Shown here: one piece after another, positions 1 to 10,949 of the stretch
How positions within the stretch are numbered: the stretch's first letter is position 1
How the letters are laid out: every line of letters begins with the position of its first letter
Source of the DNA: Chiloscyllium plagiosum
Taxonomy: Eukaryota
NCBI RefSeq assembly: GCF_004010195.1
Contig: NW_025214638.1
Span: 13,209 to 47,861, forward strand
Length of the DNA: 34,653 nt
Direction of reading: 5' to 3'
Notes under the pieces: model-generated
What the model was told of the DNA's origin: nothing
The model's database searches: none
Seen by the model: only the letters and a program-made list of their open reading frames with translations
Program-made: the position numbers and the translations under genes

Positions 1-377
1 GTTAAAAATCACACAACACCAGGTTATAGTCCAACAGGTTTAATTCGAAGCACACTAGCTTTCGGAGTGATTGTGGTGGGCTCGGTCGTAACACAGAATT
101 TATAGCAAAAATTTGCAGTGTGATGTAACTGAAATTATACATTGAAGAATTGATTGTCTGTTAAGCCTTTCATCTGTTAGAATACAGTGATAGTTTCACA
201 TTACACTGCAAATTTTTGCTATAAATTCTGTGTTACGATCGAGCCCTCCACAATCACCTGATGAAGGAGTGTCGCTCCGAAAGCTAGTGTGCTTCCAATT
301 AAACCTGTTGGACTATAACCTGGTGTTGTGTGATTTTTAACTTTGTACACCCCAGTCCAACACCAGCATCTCCGAAT
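1..377. mobile_element. Penelope-like family B pseudo-LTR, inverted (fold-back) arrangement
   Basis: 1-~125 is the reverse complement of ~200-341. The same sequence forms the 3' end of the RT/GIY-YIG element at 30149-34450. The + arm has a 3' extension at 342-377. Confidence 0.85.
255..289 (+). ncRNA. Minimal type I hammerhead ribozyme (family B, intact core)
   Basis: cac-CTGATGA-A-GGAG tgtcg CTCC-GAAA-GC-TA-gtg: full catalytic core, stem II, and 3-bp stem I (cac/gtg). Confidence 0.8.
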
Positions 378-1007
378 TATGTTAGGATGAGATGTGATGG
401 TTTGAGAGGTAGAAGTTAGCCAGGAAAAACCTAAGTAGAGAGCTCGGGAGAGCCAAGAAGGGAAGTGAGAAGTCATTGGCAGATAGGATTAAGGAAAACC
501 CTAAAGCTTTCTATAGCTACATTAGGAATAAAAGAATGATGACAGTAAAATTAGAGCCAATCAATCATAGTAGTGGCAAGTTATGCATGGAGTCAGAGGA
601 GTTAGGGAAGCTCTAAATGAATGCTTTTTTGTAAGTAGTCACACTAGAAAAAGTCAATGTGGTCGAGGGGAATACTGAGCTACAGGCTACTAAGTTTGAA
701 GGGATTGAGGTGCATAAGGAGGAGATGTTATCTATTCTGGAAAGTGTAAAAATAGTGAAGCTGGATGGGATTTGTCCGAGGATTCTCTGGGAAACCAGGG
801 AGGAGACTGCCAAGCCTTTGGCTTTGATCTTTATGTTGTCATTGTCTACAGGAATAGTACCAGAGACTGGAGGGTAGCAAATCTTGTTCCCTTGTTCAAG
901 AAGGGAGTAGAGACAACCCTGGAAACTGTACACTTGTGAGCCTTACCTCGGTTGCGAGTAAAGTGTTGGAAAGGGTTACAAGAGATAGGATTTATAATCT
1001 AGAAAGG
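378..1007 (+). mobile_element. CR1-like LINE ORF2 fragment (degenerate)
   Basis: Translations such as DGICPRILWETREETAKPLALIF match the CR1 pre-RT region; contains stops and frameshifts. Confidence 0.85.
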
Positions 1008-1014
1008 ATGGTAT

Positions 1015-1091
1015 TGGAAAACCACAGCAGGTCAGGCAACATCCGAGGAGCAGGAAACTCGACATTTCGGGCAAAAGCCCTTCATCAGTGA
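1015..1091 (-). mobile_element. Penelope family A pseudo-LTR fragment with hammerhead motif
   Basis: Minus strand reads CTGATGA-A-GGGC tttt GCCC-GAAA-TG-TC, followed by sequence shared with 33231-33324. Confidence 0.8.
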
Positions 1092-1104
1092 TTAAAGCAT
1101 GCTG

Positions 1105-1228
1105 GGAAATATAAACGCCTGATGGACAATAATATGATGTGATTAGCCAATATAAACTTATGATGGACAATAATATGATATCATTAGGAAATATAAATTT
1201 ATGATGGACAATTGTGATGCGATTAGGC
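1105..1228. repeat. 41-bp tandem repeat, ~3 copies
   Basis: AATATAAA(C/T) recurs at 1108, 1149 and 1190, each followed by TGATGGACAAT. Confidence 0.8.
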
Positions 1229-3457
1229 AAGATTTAGGATGCATAGGATGGGGAAGAAAACTGCAGGGGATGGGCACAATTGAAATGCGGAGCTTGTTCA
1301 AGGAACAGCTACTACCTGTCCTTGATAAATATGTACCTGTTAGACAGGGAGGATATGGCCGAGCAAGGGAGCCGTGGTTTACTAAAGAAGTTGAATCTCT
1401 TATCATGCGGAAGAAAAATGCCAATGTTAGGGTAAGATGTGAACGCTTAATTAAGGCACTTGAGAATTACTAGTTAGCCAGGAAAGAGCTAAAGAGAGAG
1501 CTAAGAAGAACCACGAGGGAACATAAGTAGTTAACAGATAGTATCAAGGAAAGCCCTAAAGTTTTCTGTAGGTATGGCAGGAATAAAAGAATAACGAGAG
1601 TAAGATTAGTGCCAATTAAGGACAATAGTGGGAAGTTGTGCATGGAGTCTGAGTAGATAGGAAAAGTGCTAACTGAATTATTTCATCAGTATTCACACTG
1701 GAAAAAGACAACGTTGTCGAGGAGAATGCTGAGATACAGGCTTCTAGACAAGATGAGATGGAGGTTCATGAGGAGGTGTTAGCAATTCTAGGAAGTGTAA
1801 AAAAGATAAATCTTCTGGGCCGGATGGGATTTATCCTAGGATTCTCTGGGAAGCCAGGCAAGAGATTGCAGAGCTTTTGGCTTTGATCTTTATGTCGTCA
1901 TTGTCTACAAGAATAGGGCCAGAAGACTGGAGGATAACAAATGTTATCCCCTTGTTCAAGAAGGTGAGTAGAAACAACCCCAGTAAGGATGGACTATTGA
2001 GCCTTACATCGATTGTGGATAAAATGTTGAAAGAGGTTATAAGAGATATGATTTATAATCATCAAGAAAGGAATACATTGATTAGGGACCATCAACATGT
2101 TTTTTGAAGTGTAGGTCATGCCTCATAAACCTTATTGAGTTCTTAGAGAAGATGACCCGACAGGTAGATGAGGATAAAGCTGTTGATTTCGTGTATATGA
2201 ATTTTGATAAGGTTTTAAAAAGGCATTTAATGAGGTTCCCCATGATAGCCTATTGCACAAAATGCAGAGGCATGAGATTGAGGGTGATTTAACAGCTTGG
2301 ATCAGAAATTGATCCAAGAAGACAGAGGTAGTGGTTGATGGAAAATGTTCATCCTAGAGATCAGTTACGAGTGGTGTACCACAATGATTTGTTTTGGGGT
2401 AACTGTTGTTTGTCATTTTATAAATGACCTAGATGAGGGCGTAGAAGGATGGGTGCGTAGATTTGCAGATGACACTGATGTCAGTGAAGTTATGGTTAGT
2501 GCCGAAGAATGTTGCAGGTTAGAGAGGGAAATAGATAATCTGCAGAGATGGCAACTGGAGTAACAGGAATAAAGAGTACAAGGCTAACGCAGTTTCGGTG
2601 AAATGGCCCATGCTAAATCGCCCATAGTATTCATAGATGGGTAAGTTTGGTGCATTAGTCAGGGGTAAATATAGGGTAAAGGTATTAGTCTGGTTAGGTT
2701 ACTTTTTGGAGGGTCACTGTTACTTGTTGGGCCAAAAGGTTGTTTCCATACTATAGGGATTTTATGATTCTATGATCTCTGTGGCCATGTACATAGATCC
2801 CAGAAAGTTGCCTCTCAGATTGTTGGGTTGTTAAGAAGGCATACGGTGTGTTCATTTTTATTGGTAGCAGGATTGAGTTTCGGAGCCATGAGGTCATGTT
2901 GCAGCTGTACAAAACTCTCGTGTGGCCGCACTTGCAGTATTGTGCACAATTCTGGTCGCTGCATTATAGGAAGGATGTGGAAGCTTTGGAAAAGTTTCAA
3001 AGAAGATTTACTAGGATGTTGCCTGGTATGGAGGGAAGGTCTTATGAGGAAAGGCTGAAGGTCTTGAGGCTGTTTTTGTTAGAGAGAAGAAGGTTGAGAG
3101 GTGACTTAATTGAGATATATAAGATAATCAGAGGATTAGATAGGTGGGACAGTGAGACCCTTTTTCCTCAGATGGTGATGGCTGGCACAAGGGGACATAG
3201 CTTTTCATTGAGGGATGATAGATATAGGACAAATATCAGAGGTAGGTTTTTTTACTCAGAGAGTAGTAGAGTCGTGGAACACACAGCCTGCAACAGTAGT
3301 GAACTCGCCAACTTTAAGAACATTCAAATTGTCATTGGATAAGCATATGGACGAAAATGAATAGTGTGGGTTAGATGGGCTTCAGATTCATACCACAGGT
3401 CAGTGCAAAATTGAGTGCCAAAGGGCCTGTACTGCACTGTTATGTTCTATGTTCTAT
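1205..3457 (+). mobile_element. CR1-like LINE, 5'-truncated, with 3' end
   Basis: RT motifs (SCLINLIEF, FADDT), C-terminal LYKTLVWPHLQYCAQFWS, and 3' tail repeat ATGTTCTATGTTCTAT. Confidence 0.9.
2595..2777 (+). mobile_element. 3' half of V-SINE/HE1-like SINE inside CR1
   Basis: GCCCATGCTAAATCGCCC...GACTT-like/TGTTGGGCCAAA body resembles the SINEs at 7953 and 11106; TATGATTCTATGA tail. Confidence 0.6.
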
Positions 3458-3461
3458 ATAT

Positions 3462-4159
3462 AATTCACTCTTCTATTGGATATTCTAAAATGCATGACCT
3501 CGCATTTGCCCGGATTGAAATCCATCTGCTATTTCTCCATCCAACTCTCCAATCTATCTATATTCTGCTGTATTCTCTGACAGTCCCCTTCACTACCTGC
3601 TACTCCACCAATTTTAATGGCATCTACAAACTTGTTAATCAGAAACCTATACCTTCCTCCAGATCATTTATATATATCACAAACAACAGTGGTCCCAGGA
3701 GGGATCCCTGTGGAACACCACTGGTCACAATTCCTCAATTTGAGGAATTCTCTTCCACTACTGCTCTCTGTCTCCTGTTGCCCAGCCAGTTCTTTATCCA
3801 TCTAGCTACTACACCTTGGACCCCATGCGACTCAGTTTCTCTATCAGCATACTATGGCGTACCTTATCAAACACCTCACTGAAGTCCATGCATATGACAT
3901 CTACATCCCTTCCCTCATGAATCAACTTTGTCACTTCCACAAATAATTCTATTAAGTTGGTAAGTTGGTAAATCATGACATTCTGTGAACAAACCATGCT
4001 GCCCATTACTGTTAAGCCTATTTTACTCCAAATGGGAATAGATCCTATCCCTCAGTATCTTCTCCAGCTTCCCTTCAACTGACATCAGGCCTAAAGTTAC
4101 CAGGATTATCCCTGCTACCCTTCTTAACCAAGGGGACAACATTAGCCTTTCTCCAATGC
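3462..4159 (-). mobile_element. CR1-like LINE RT fragment
   Basis: Minus translations LTNLIELFVEVTK..DFSEVFDKVRH and WRKANVVPLVKKGSRDNPGNFRP. Confidence 0.85.
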
Positions 4160-4689
4160 TGTGGTTCTGTTCGCCGATCTGGAAGTTTTTGTTGCAAACG
4201 TTTCGTCCCCTGTCTAGGTGACATCCTCAGTGCTTGGGAGCCTCCTGTGAAGCGCTTTTGTGGTGTTTCCTTAGGCATTTATAGTGGCCTGTCCCTGCCA
4301 CTTCCTGTTGTCAGTTTCAGCTGTCCGCTGTAGTGGCCGGTATATTGGGTCCAGGTCTATGTGTTTGTTGATGGAGTTTGTGGATGAGTGCCATGCTTCT
4401 AGGAATTCCCTGGCTGTTCTTTGTTTCGCTTGCCCTATAATGGTAGTATTGTCCCAGTCAAATTCATGTTGCTTGTCGTCTGCGTGTGTGGCTACTAGGG
4501 ATAGCTGGTCGTGTCGTTTCGTGGCTAGTTGATGTTCATGGATGGGGATCGTTAGCTGTCTTCCTGTTTGTCCTATATAGTGTTTTGTGCAGTCCTTGCA
4601 TGGGATTTTTTTAGAGCAAAACTAATGTAGTGTACAAAATCCCATGCAAGGACTGCACAAAACACTATATAGGATAAACAGGAAGACAG
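4160..4689 (-). mobile_element. Penelope-like family C 3' fragment (GIY-YIG endonuclease + pLTR) with 5' fold-back inversion
   Basis: Minus strand reads KIPCKDCTKHYIGQTGR..HEH..REFLEAWHS..SINKH. Plus strand 4615-4689 reads NVVYKIPCKDCTKHYIG*TGR. 4556-4608 and 4635-4689 are inverted copies. Confidence 0.85.
4194..4233 (-). ncRNA. Minimal hammerhead ribozyme (family C, intact core)
   Basis: gca-CTGAGGA-T-GTCACCT agac AGGGGAC-GAAA-CG-TT-tgc. Confidence 0.8.
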
Positions 4690-4886
4690 GGATACATAAT
4701 GGAGATAATTATTGTTAATTTCGATAATGCTTTCTTTCTATGTAAATAAAATTAATCTTTCTTCCTTGCAAGTCAAAATGTTAGTTAAAAATTTCACTTA
4801 GTAATCAATTTTTAGCCTAGCTAGATTTAAAATCTAAGATGGCTTTTCAGGCTACAAAAACTACTTCCGCAGTCCCTTCTTCTTTT
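4690..4886 (-). promoter_or_regulatory. Polypurine tract (4872-4886) and start of 3' LTR U3 (from 4871 downward)
   Basis: Minus strand AAAAGAAGAAGGGAC followed immediately by TG, downstream of the env remnant. Confidence 0.7.
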
Positions 4887-5089
4887 AAAACAAATGGGTC
4901 TAGAGTCGTGGCAAAAAGGGTAATATTGCCAGAGCCGGTGATGTAAATTCGGAATCGGACAGGTAGCCCTCAGAGTCGAAGGGCTGAAACTCAGGGATTA
5001 ATAAAGTTGGGAGGTTTGCCTTATGTCAGGGGTTTCCTTTGGAGGGGGTTTGATCAACAGTCTTTTTGACCGACTAGGAGGATAACAGG

Positions 5090-5432
5090 GTGGAGGGCAA
5101 CAGCAATGAGCTGATACACGTACAACACTGCTTAGCAAAAATAATAAGAACTGAAAGAGCAATAAAAGTAATGTCAAGCATTATATAGCCTTGCATGAGG
5201 GCACTGCCCCAACATTCAAACCAGTCATTCATCCAGCTCCACAGATCCCAACAGGAGCTGGTGTCACGGAATAGAGTGTGATTGGTGAGGTTTACAATGT
5301 GCTTGCTGGGGTCAGGTGTCTACATGCAACAACTCCATCAACAATGGCAGATGTGCCTCCTTTTTCAGCTAGTAGGTAATCTCGGGCCAAACTGTTTTTA
5401 GGGTCACTGTGAGAATGGTTATCATCTCTGCA
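5090..5432 (-). pseudogene. env: ERV envelope TM subunit remnant
   Basis: Frameshifted EMITILTVTL-KNSLARDYLLAEKGG..SCC.*TPD (immunosuppressive domain and CX6CC-like region), then Trp-rich WDLWSWMNDWFECWG and a hydrophobic TM segment. Confidence 0.8.
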
Positions 5433-5435
5433 TAT

Positions 5436-5597
5436 GGTGGCTCAGTGGCTGGCGCAGCTGCCTCACAGCACCAGGGTCCTAGGTTCAATTCCAGCATTGG
5501 GTGACTGTCTGTGTGGAGTTTGCATATTCTCCCCGTGTCTGTGTGTGTCCTCCCACAGTCCAAAGATGTGCAGGTAAGGTGAATTGGCCATGTTAAA
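5436..5597 (+). mobile_element. tRNA-derived V-SINE (HE1-like), 3'-truncated
   Basis: A box TGGCTCAGTGG, B box GGTTCAATTCC, core TGTGTGGAGTTTGCA..TCTCCCCGTGTCTG. Confidence 0.85.
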
Positions 5598-5629
5598 TCA
5601 ACTTTGTCACTTCCACAAATGGGTAACTT

Positions 5630-6375
5630 ATTCACATATTTTCCACTTTTTCACTGTTGTCGCAGTATGATCAGTTGTTGGGATGGTTTTGTTCTATATA
5701 CTAAATACATCTACTATTACTGGATAATATTTGTAGCAATGTATTCGAGGTAATTCTATAAAACCAAGTTGCAGAGAAATAGAAGGGCTCCCTAGGCAAG
5801 GGGGTGGTTCCAGAACCACATGGCATCCCTCTTACAGCATCCATCTTCCTTTTTACAAATTTGTCTTTTCTTTGCTGCTTTCTGAAAATCTGGGTGCCAC
5901 CAAGTTTCTAACAGAGTATTAACCTTGCCCAATTATGCACATAATCAACTGAACTAGATAGCAGCAAAGAAGGAACACAGGCCTGTCCTGCAGGGGTCTC
6001 CCTGAGTATCAAGGGAGCACCCTATTTGAGGCTATAGTTTGTGCCATCCAGCAGGAGCTCCTGCTGTGATTTCTGTACCTTACGAAAGACTGGTCTCCGC
6101 CCAGGTTTTGCTGGGAACCCAATGGGACCAGAAATTAGGGGTGTAAGGCAGTCTGCTCATTTCCATTGGAGACTGTATGAGTTGCCTCAGCATGAGCCAA
6201 AAACATTGATAACTGCCAGACTGGATGGACAAAAAAGCCTTGCCAGTAGGATGTCACGTGGAGGTTAAAATTCTCCATGTTCCTACAAGGCTTCATTATC
6301 TTCAACCACATCAAAAGCACAATGAGAGTCAGTGTATATTAGCAGATTTTCCTTTTGCCAGAATGCAAGCATATT
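5630..6375 (-). pseudogene. pol: ERV pol remnant: RNase H and integrase N-terminus/core
   Basis: ACILAKGKSANI(Y)TDSHCAF, AH..VSNGNE (RNase H); WWHPDF and LQLGFIELP..YKY..VIVDVFS (integrase). Many frameshifts. Confidence 0.75.
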
Positions 6376-6419
6376 GATCCCTGTGTTAGTTCCAAGGTAA
6401 CAATAATGACACTTCAGTA

Positions 6420-7300
6420 ACTCTCCGGTGGCCATATATGCCACAGTTTAAACAAGGACCTGCCATTGGCGTAGTACTGGGGTCTGCCTGTCCCCATTCC
6501 CAGGTTTCCTGCATGAAAGTGTTGCTCAGCAGTGGTCGATGGGTGGGCATCTGATGAAGGTTCTGCCCCCAGTTGGTATGCTGGTCTGAATCAACCCCAT
6601 CGGGGCTGGCAGGCAAGGGATCGCAAACTTGCTGGACATATTCAGTTTTACCTGTAACTTGGATCGTGGTCAGTCTTGCTCTGGGCATTCCAGCAGAAGG
6701 CCAGCACTCACCTCATTTGCAACCAGGAATTCTTAGACATGTTCACATTGTTTGTCTGCATCATGTCAGCGACACCAGAAGGAATACATGGCAACAGTAT
6801 AGCGTGAAACAAAGGTGAGTCAGCTTCTAAATTAAAGACGATCACCCGCAAATGTTCTATAACAGGCCACAAACTGCTCTCAATACGCCTCCTGACTCCC
6901 AAGGCTTGTGACTGCATTTCAGTACTTCACCAATATTCACAGGCCCGAGCAGCGCATTGTTCTTTCATCTGTGGGCTGTATACAACTTTCATCAGATAGC
7001 TGGCTACTTATTTCAGTCTTATAACGCAAGCCATTCTTGTGCAGGTCATTCCCCGAATTTTGCTGACTTTACATCTGTATCGTTCTTTGGACATATTGAG
7101 TAAATTGGGCCAGTTTCACCTTGCGATTAGGGGTTTGGTTCATTAACATAACTCAGATTCCCAGGATGATGCCTGATTTAGGATGGCTCAGACCGCTCAC
7201 CACAAAGATGTCAGCTATGAAGCCAGTTACTGATACTAGACCCTTCATCTTCAGAGTAAGGGAGTGGTTTAGAATCGGGGGCACACTGGGGACTATCAGC
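6420..7300 (-). pseudogene. gag: ERV gag remnant (capsid MHR + zinc knuckle)
   Basis: VNIGEVLKCSHKPWES/EAY*EQFVACYRTF (MHR-like, ~6840-6940) and GPCLNCGIYGH (partial CCHC, ~6428-6460). Confidence 0.7.
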
Positions 7301-7339
7301 AGATGTTAAGGGCTCACTGAGAATCCTGGAATGTTCCTC

Positions 7340-7952
7340 ATACGTGAGGAATAAGAGAATGATCAGGGAGAAGGTAGGGATAGCATAGTGAACGTGTGCG
7401 TGGAGTCTGAGCAGATAGGGGACGCACTAAATGAGTATATATTTTTGGTTCGGTTTTCACTGAGGAAAGGAACCTTGTTTTGTGTGAGAACTTTGAGGAG
7501 CTGGGATACAGGCTTGACCAGATCAGGATTGATGATGTTGATGTGCTGGAAATTTTGGAAAACATTAAGATTGATAAGTCTCCAGGACCAGACCAGATTT
7601 ATCCTAGGCTGCTCTGGAAATCAGGAAAGGAAGTTGCTAAGCCACTGATGAAGATTTTTGCCTCCTCAGACTCCACAGGAGTCATACTGGAAAATTGGAA
7701 GGAGGCGAATTTTGTTTCTCTTTACAGAAGGGTAATAGGGAAATCCCTGGCAATTACAGACCAGTCAGTCTTATGTCTGTGGTCAGCAAAGTTTTTGGAA
7801 AGAACTCTGAGACATAGGATTTATGACTATTTGGCAAAGCATAGTGTGATTAAAGACAGTCAGCATGGCTTTGTGAGGGGGCATGTCATGCCTCACAAAT
7901 CTTATCGAGTTCTTTGAGGAGGTAACCAGACAGGTTGGGCAGTGGATGTGGT
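7340..7952 (+). mobile_element. CR1-like LINE ORF2 fragment
   Basis: DKSPGPDQIYPRLL and SQHGFVRG motifs. Confidence 0.9.
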
Positions 7953-8277
7953 GTAGATTTAGATTAGATTAGATTACATTACAGTTTGGAAACAGGCCCT
8001 TCGGCCCAACAAGTCCACACCGACCCGCCGAAGCGAAACCCACCCATACCCCTACATTTACCCCTAACCTAACACTACGGGCAATTTAGCATGGCCCATT
8101 CACCTGACCTGCACATCTTTGGACTGTGGGAGGAAACCGGAGCACCCGGAGGAAACCCACGCAGACACGGGGAGAATGTGCAAACTCCACACAGACAGTC
8201 ACCTGAGGCGGGAATTGAACCCGGGTCTCAGGCGCTGTGAGGCAGCAGTGCTAACCACTGTGCCACCGTGCCGCCCC
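7953..8277 (-). mobile_element. Full-length V-SINE (HE1-like)
   Basis: GGCGGCACGGTGGCACAGTGG head, GGTTCAATTCC B box, V core, (TCTAA)n tail. Confidence 0.9.
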
Positions 8278-8410
8278 AATCCACAACCACCTGATGCAGG
8301 AGCAGTGCTCCGAAACCTAGTGATTCCAATTAAGCCTGTTGGACTATAACTTGGCGTTGTGTGATTTTTAACTTTGTACACCCCAATCCAACACTGGCAT
8401 CTCCAAATCT
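8278..8410 (+). mobile_element. Penelope family B pLTR end with degenerate hammerhead
   Basis: Matches 248-377; core mutated to CTGATGC...GAAACCTA. Confidence 0.85.
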
Positions 8411-9230
8411 CGAAAAAAAGTGTGAATAGAGAAGACTTTTATTAATGCAGCTTACAGTCATTTCACAGCCTCTAACGCTATAAATGAGCAATGACTGATC
8501 ACAAGCAGTTAAGAAACAAATTTGGAATTTAAATTGAGTGACCAGAACCAGATAATTATAATGAATTTCAGAGTTGGAAACTGTGTACATTTTATATTAT
8601 AACATTGCGTTTTGAATAAATTAATTTCCAGTTTATATTGAAGACTCTTTGCAAAATTCATACACAGTAGGAAGAAAATATATATGTTAATAGCTGTAAT
8701 TTAATATGCACATAATAGAACAATCCTGCTACAATTTTATGTATGCAACTCCAAGCAGATTTGAATCATTTTTGTGACATGAAAATCTGTTTGTTCTTAT
8801 TAATTAACAGTGAACTGTCTCAGCCACTTGTTCAGTTTCCATCTCTCAATTAGAAAATGTGATTATATTAGTCATTTTTTAAAACCATTTGTATTAGTCC
8901 TGAATTACATAATCAGAATTAATTGGCAAGATCAATTGGTTTTTATAACTTTATACATTGTCAGTGATCTGTGTCATTCCTCCTGGTTAATTTGAAGCAT
9001 GGCTGTATTGTTTAATGTTCATCTGGACCATGCCTTAAAACAAATTGAGCACTGTACATCCAATTGGCAACAGAAGTAGGCAATATGATAGAAAGTGTAA
9101 GAAGCAAAGCATTTAAAAAAAGTTGAATTCAAAGCGCTGTAAAAAGAATATAAGTTCTACTCAGGGCCCTGGCATACAGACACTATTTAAGGAAGGGGAT
9201 GACACTGATAGGGATGAGGAATGGGGATTT

Positions 9231-10927
9231 TAGAATACAGAACATGAACATAGAAAAGTACAGCACAGAACAGGCCTTTGGCCCACGATGTTGTGCCGAA
9301 GTTTAATCCTAATGTAAAATATAATAACTTAATCTACACACCCCTCAACTCACTGCTATCAATGTGCATGTCCAGCAGTAGCTTAAATGTCCCTAATGAC
9401 TCTGCTTCCATCACCCCGCTGGCAATGCATTCCAAGTATTCATAACTCTCTGCGTAAAGAACCTAGCTCTGATGTCCCCTCCATACCTTTCTCCTAATAT
9501 GACCCCTCGTGCCAGTCAAACCTGCCCTGGGGAAAAGTCTCTGGCTATTGACTCTATCCATGCCTCTCATTACCTTGTATACCTCGATCAGGTCTTCTCT
9601 CTTCCTCCTTCTCTCCAGAGAGAACAGTCTGAGCTTATTCAAACTTTACTCATAAGGCAAGCCCTCCAGTCCAGGCAGCATCCTGGTAAACCTTCTTTGC
9701 ACCCTCTCCAAAGCCACTGCATCTTTCCTGTAGTCGGGCAACCAGAACTGGACACAATATTCCAAGTGTGGTCTCACCAGGGACTTGTAGAGCTGTAGCA
9801 AAACCTCGCAGCTCTTAAACTCAATCCAGCTGTTAATGATAGCCAAAACACTACATGCTTTCTTAACAACCCTATCCACTTGGGTTGTAACTTTGAGGGA
9901 TTTATGTACACCCAGATCCCTCTGTTCCTTCACACTGCCAAGAATCCTGTCTTTAATCCTATATTCAGCATTCGAGTTCGATCTTCCAAAATGCATCACT
10001 TTGTATTTATCCAGGTTGAACTCTAATTGCCATTTCTCAGCCCAGCTCTGTATCCTGACTATGTCACACTGCAGCCTGCAATAGCCCTCGATATTGTCAA
10101 CGGCACCTCCAACCTTTGTGTCGTCAGGAAATTTACTTACTCGCCCCTCAACCTCCTCCTCCAAGTCATTTATAAAACCTACAAAGAGCAGAGGCCCAAG
10201 AACAGAGCCCTGTGGGACACCACTCAACACTGACCTTCAGGCAGAATACTTTCCATCTACAACCGTTCTCTGCCTTCTGTCAACCAACCAATTCTGAATC
10301 TAAATAGCCACATCTCATTGCATCCCATACTTCCTGACTTTATGAATGAACCTACCATGGGGAACTTTTTCAAATGCCTTGCTGAAGTCCATATACACCA
10401 CATCCACTGCTCGACCTTCGTCAACCTGTCTTGTCACCTCCTCAAAGAACTCGATAAGATTTGTGAGGCATGATCTGCCCCTCAAAAAGCCATGCTCTTT
10501 GTCTTTAATCATGCTATGCTTTGCCAAATAGTCATAAATCCTATCCCTCAGAATTATTTCCAAAACTTTGCTGACCACAGATGTAAGACTGACTGATCTG
10601 TAATTGCCAGGGATTTCTCTATTACCCTTCTGAAAAGAGGGACAACATTCGTCTCCTTCCAATTTTCCAGTATGACTCCCGTGGAGAGTGAGGAGGCAAA
10701 AATCTTCATCAGTGGCTTAGCAACTTCCTTTCTTGCTTGACAGAGCAGCCTAGGATAAATCTGGTCTGGTCCTGGAGACTTATCAATCTTAATGTTTTCC
10801 AAAATTTCCAGCACATCAACATCATCAATCCTGATCTGGTCAAGCCTGTACCTCAGCTCCTCAAAGTTCTCATTCACAACAAGGTCCCTTTCCTCAGTGA
10901 AAACCAGAGCAAAATAAATACTCATTT
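9231..10927 (-). mobile_element. CR1-like LINE 3' portion (RT to 3' end)
   Basis: SGVPQGSVLGPLLF, SKFPDDTK, LVRPHLEYCVQFW; tail repeats near 9231-9255. Confidence 0.92.
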
Positions 10928-10949
10928 ATAGCACTATACCATAGCACTA

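Larger units (their letters stand above)
4690..7335 (-). mobile_element. Internally deleted gamma/epsilon-like endogenous retrovirus (gag - RNase H - IN - env TM - PPT - 3' LTR)
   Basis: Manual minus-strand translation gives retroviral motifs in canonical order (see sub-features). Confidence 0.8.

Noticed and set aside
4835..4870. Plus-strand Gypsy gag start (ATGGCTTTTCAG)
   Set aside because: Better explained as the minus-strand ERV LTR next to a clear PPT and env.
8200..8277. tRNA gene
   Set aside because: The A/B boxes belong to a SINE head continuous with the V core and tail; same for 5436 and 11106.
8790..8870. Host exon after the acceptor-like TTAACAG
   Set aside because: No convincing donor, coding signal or neighbouring exons.
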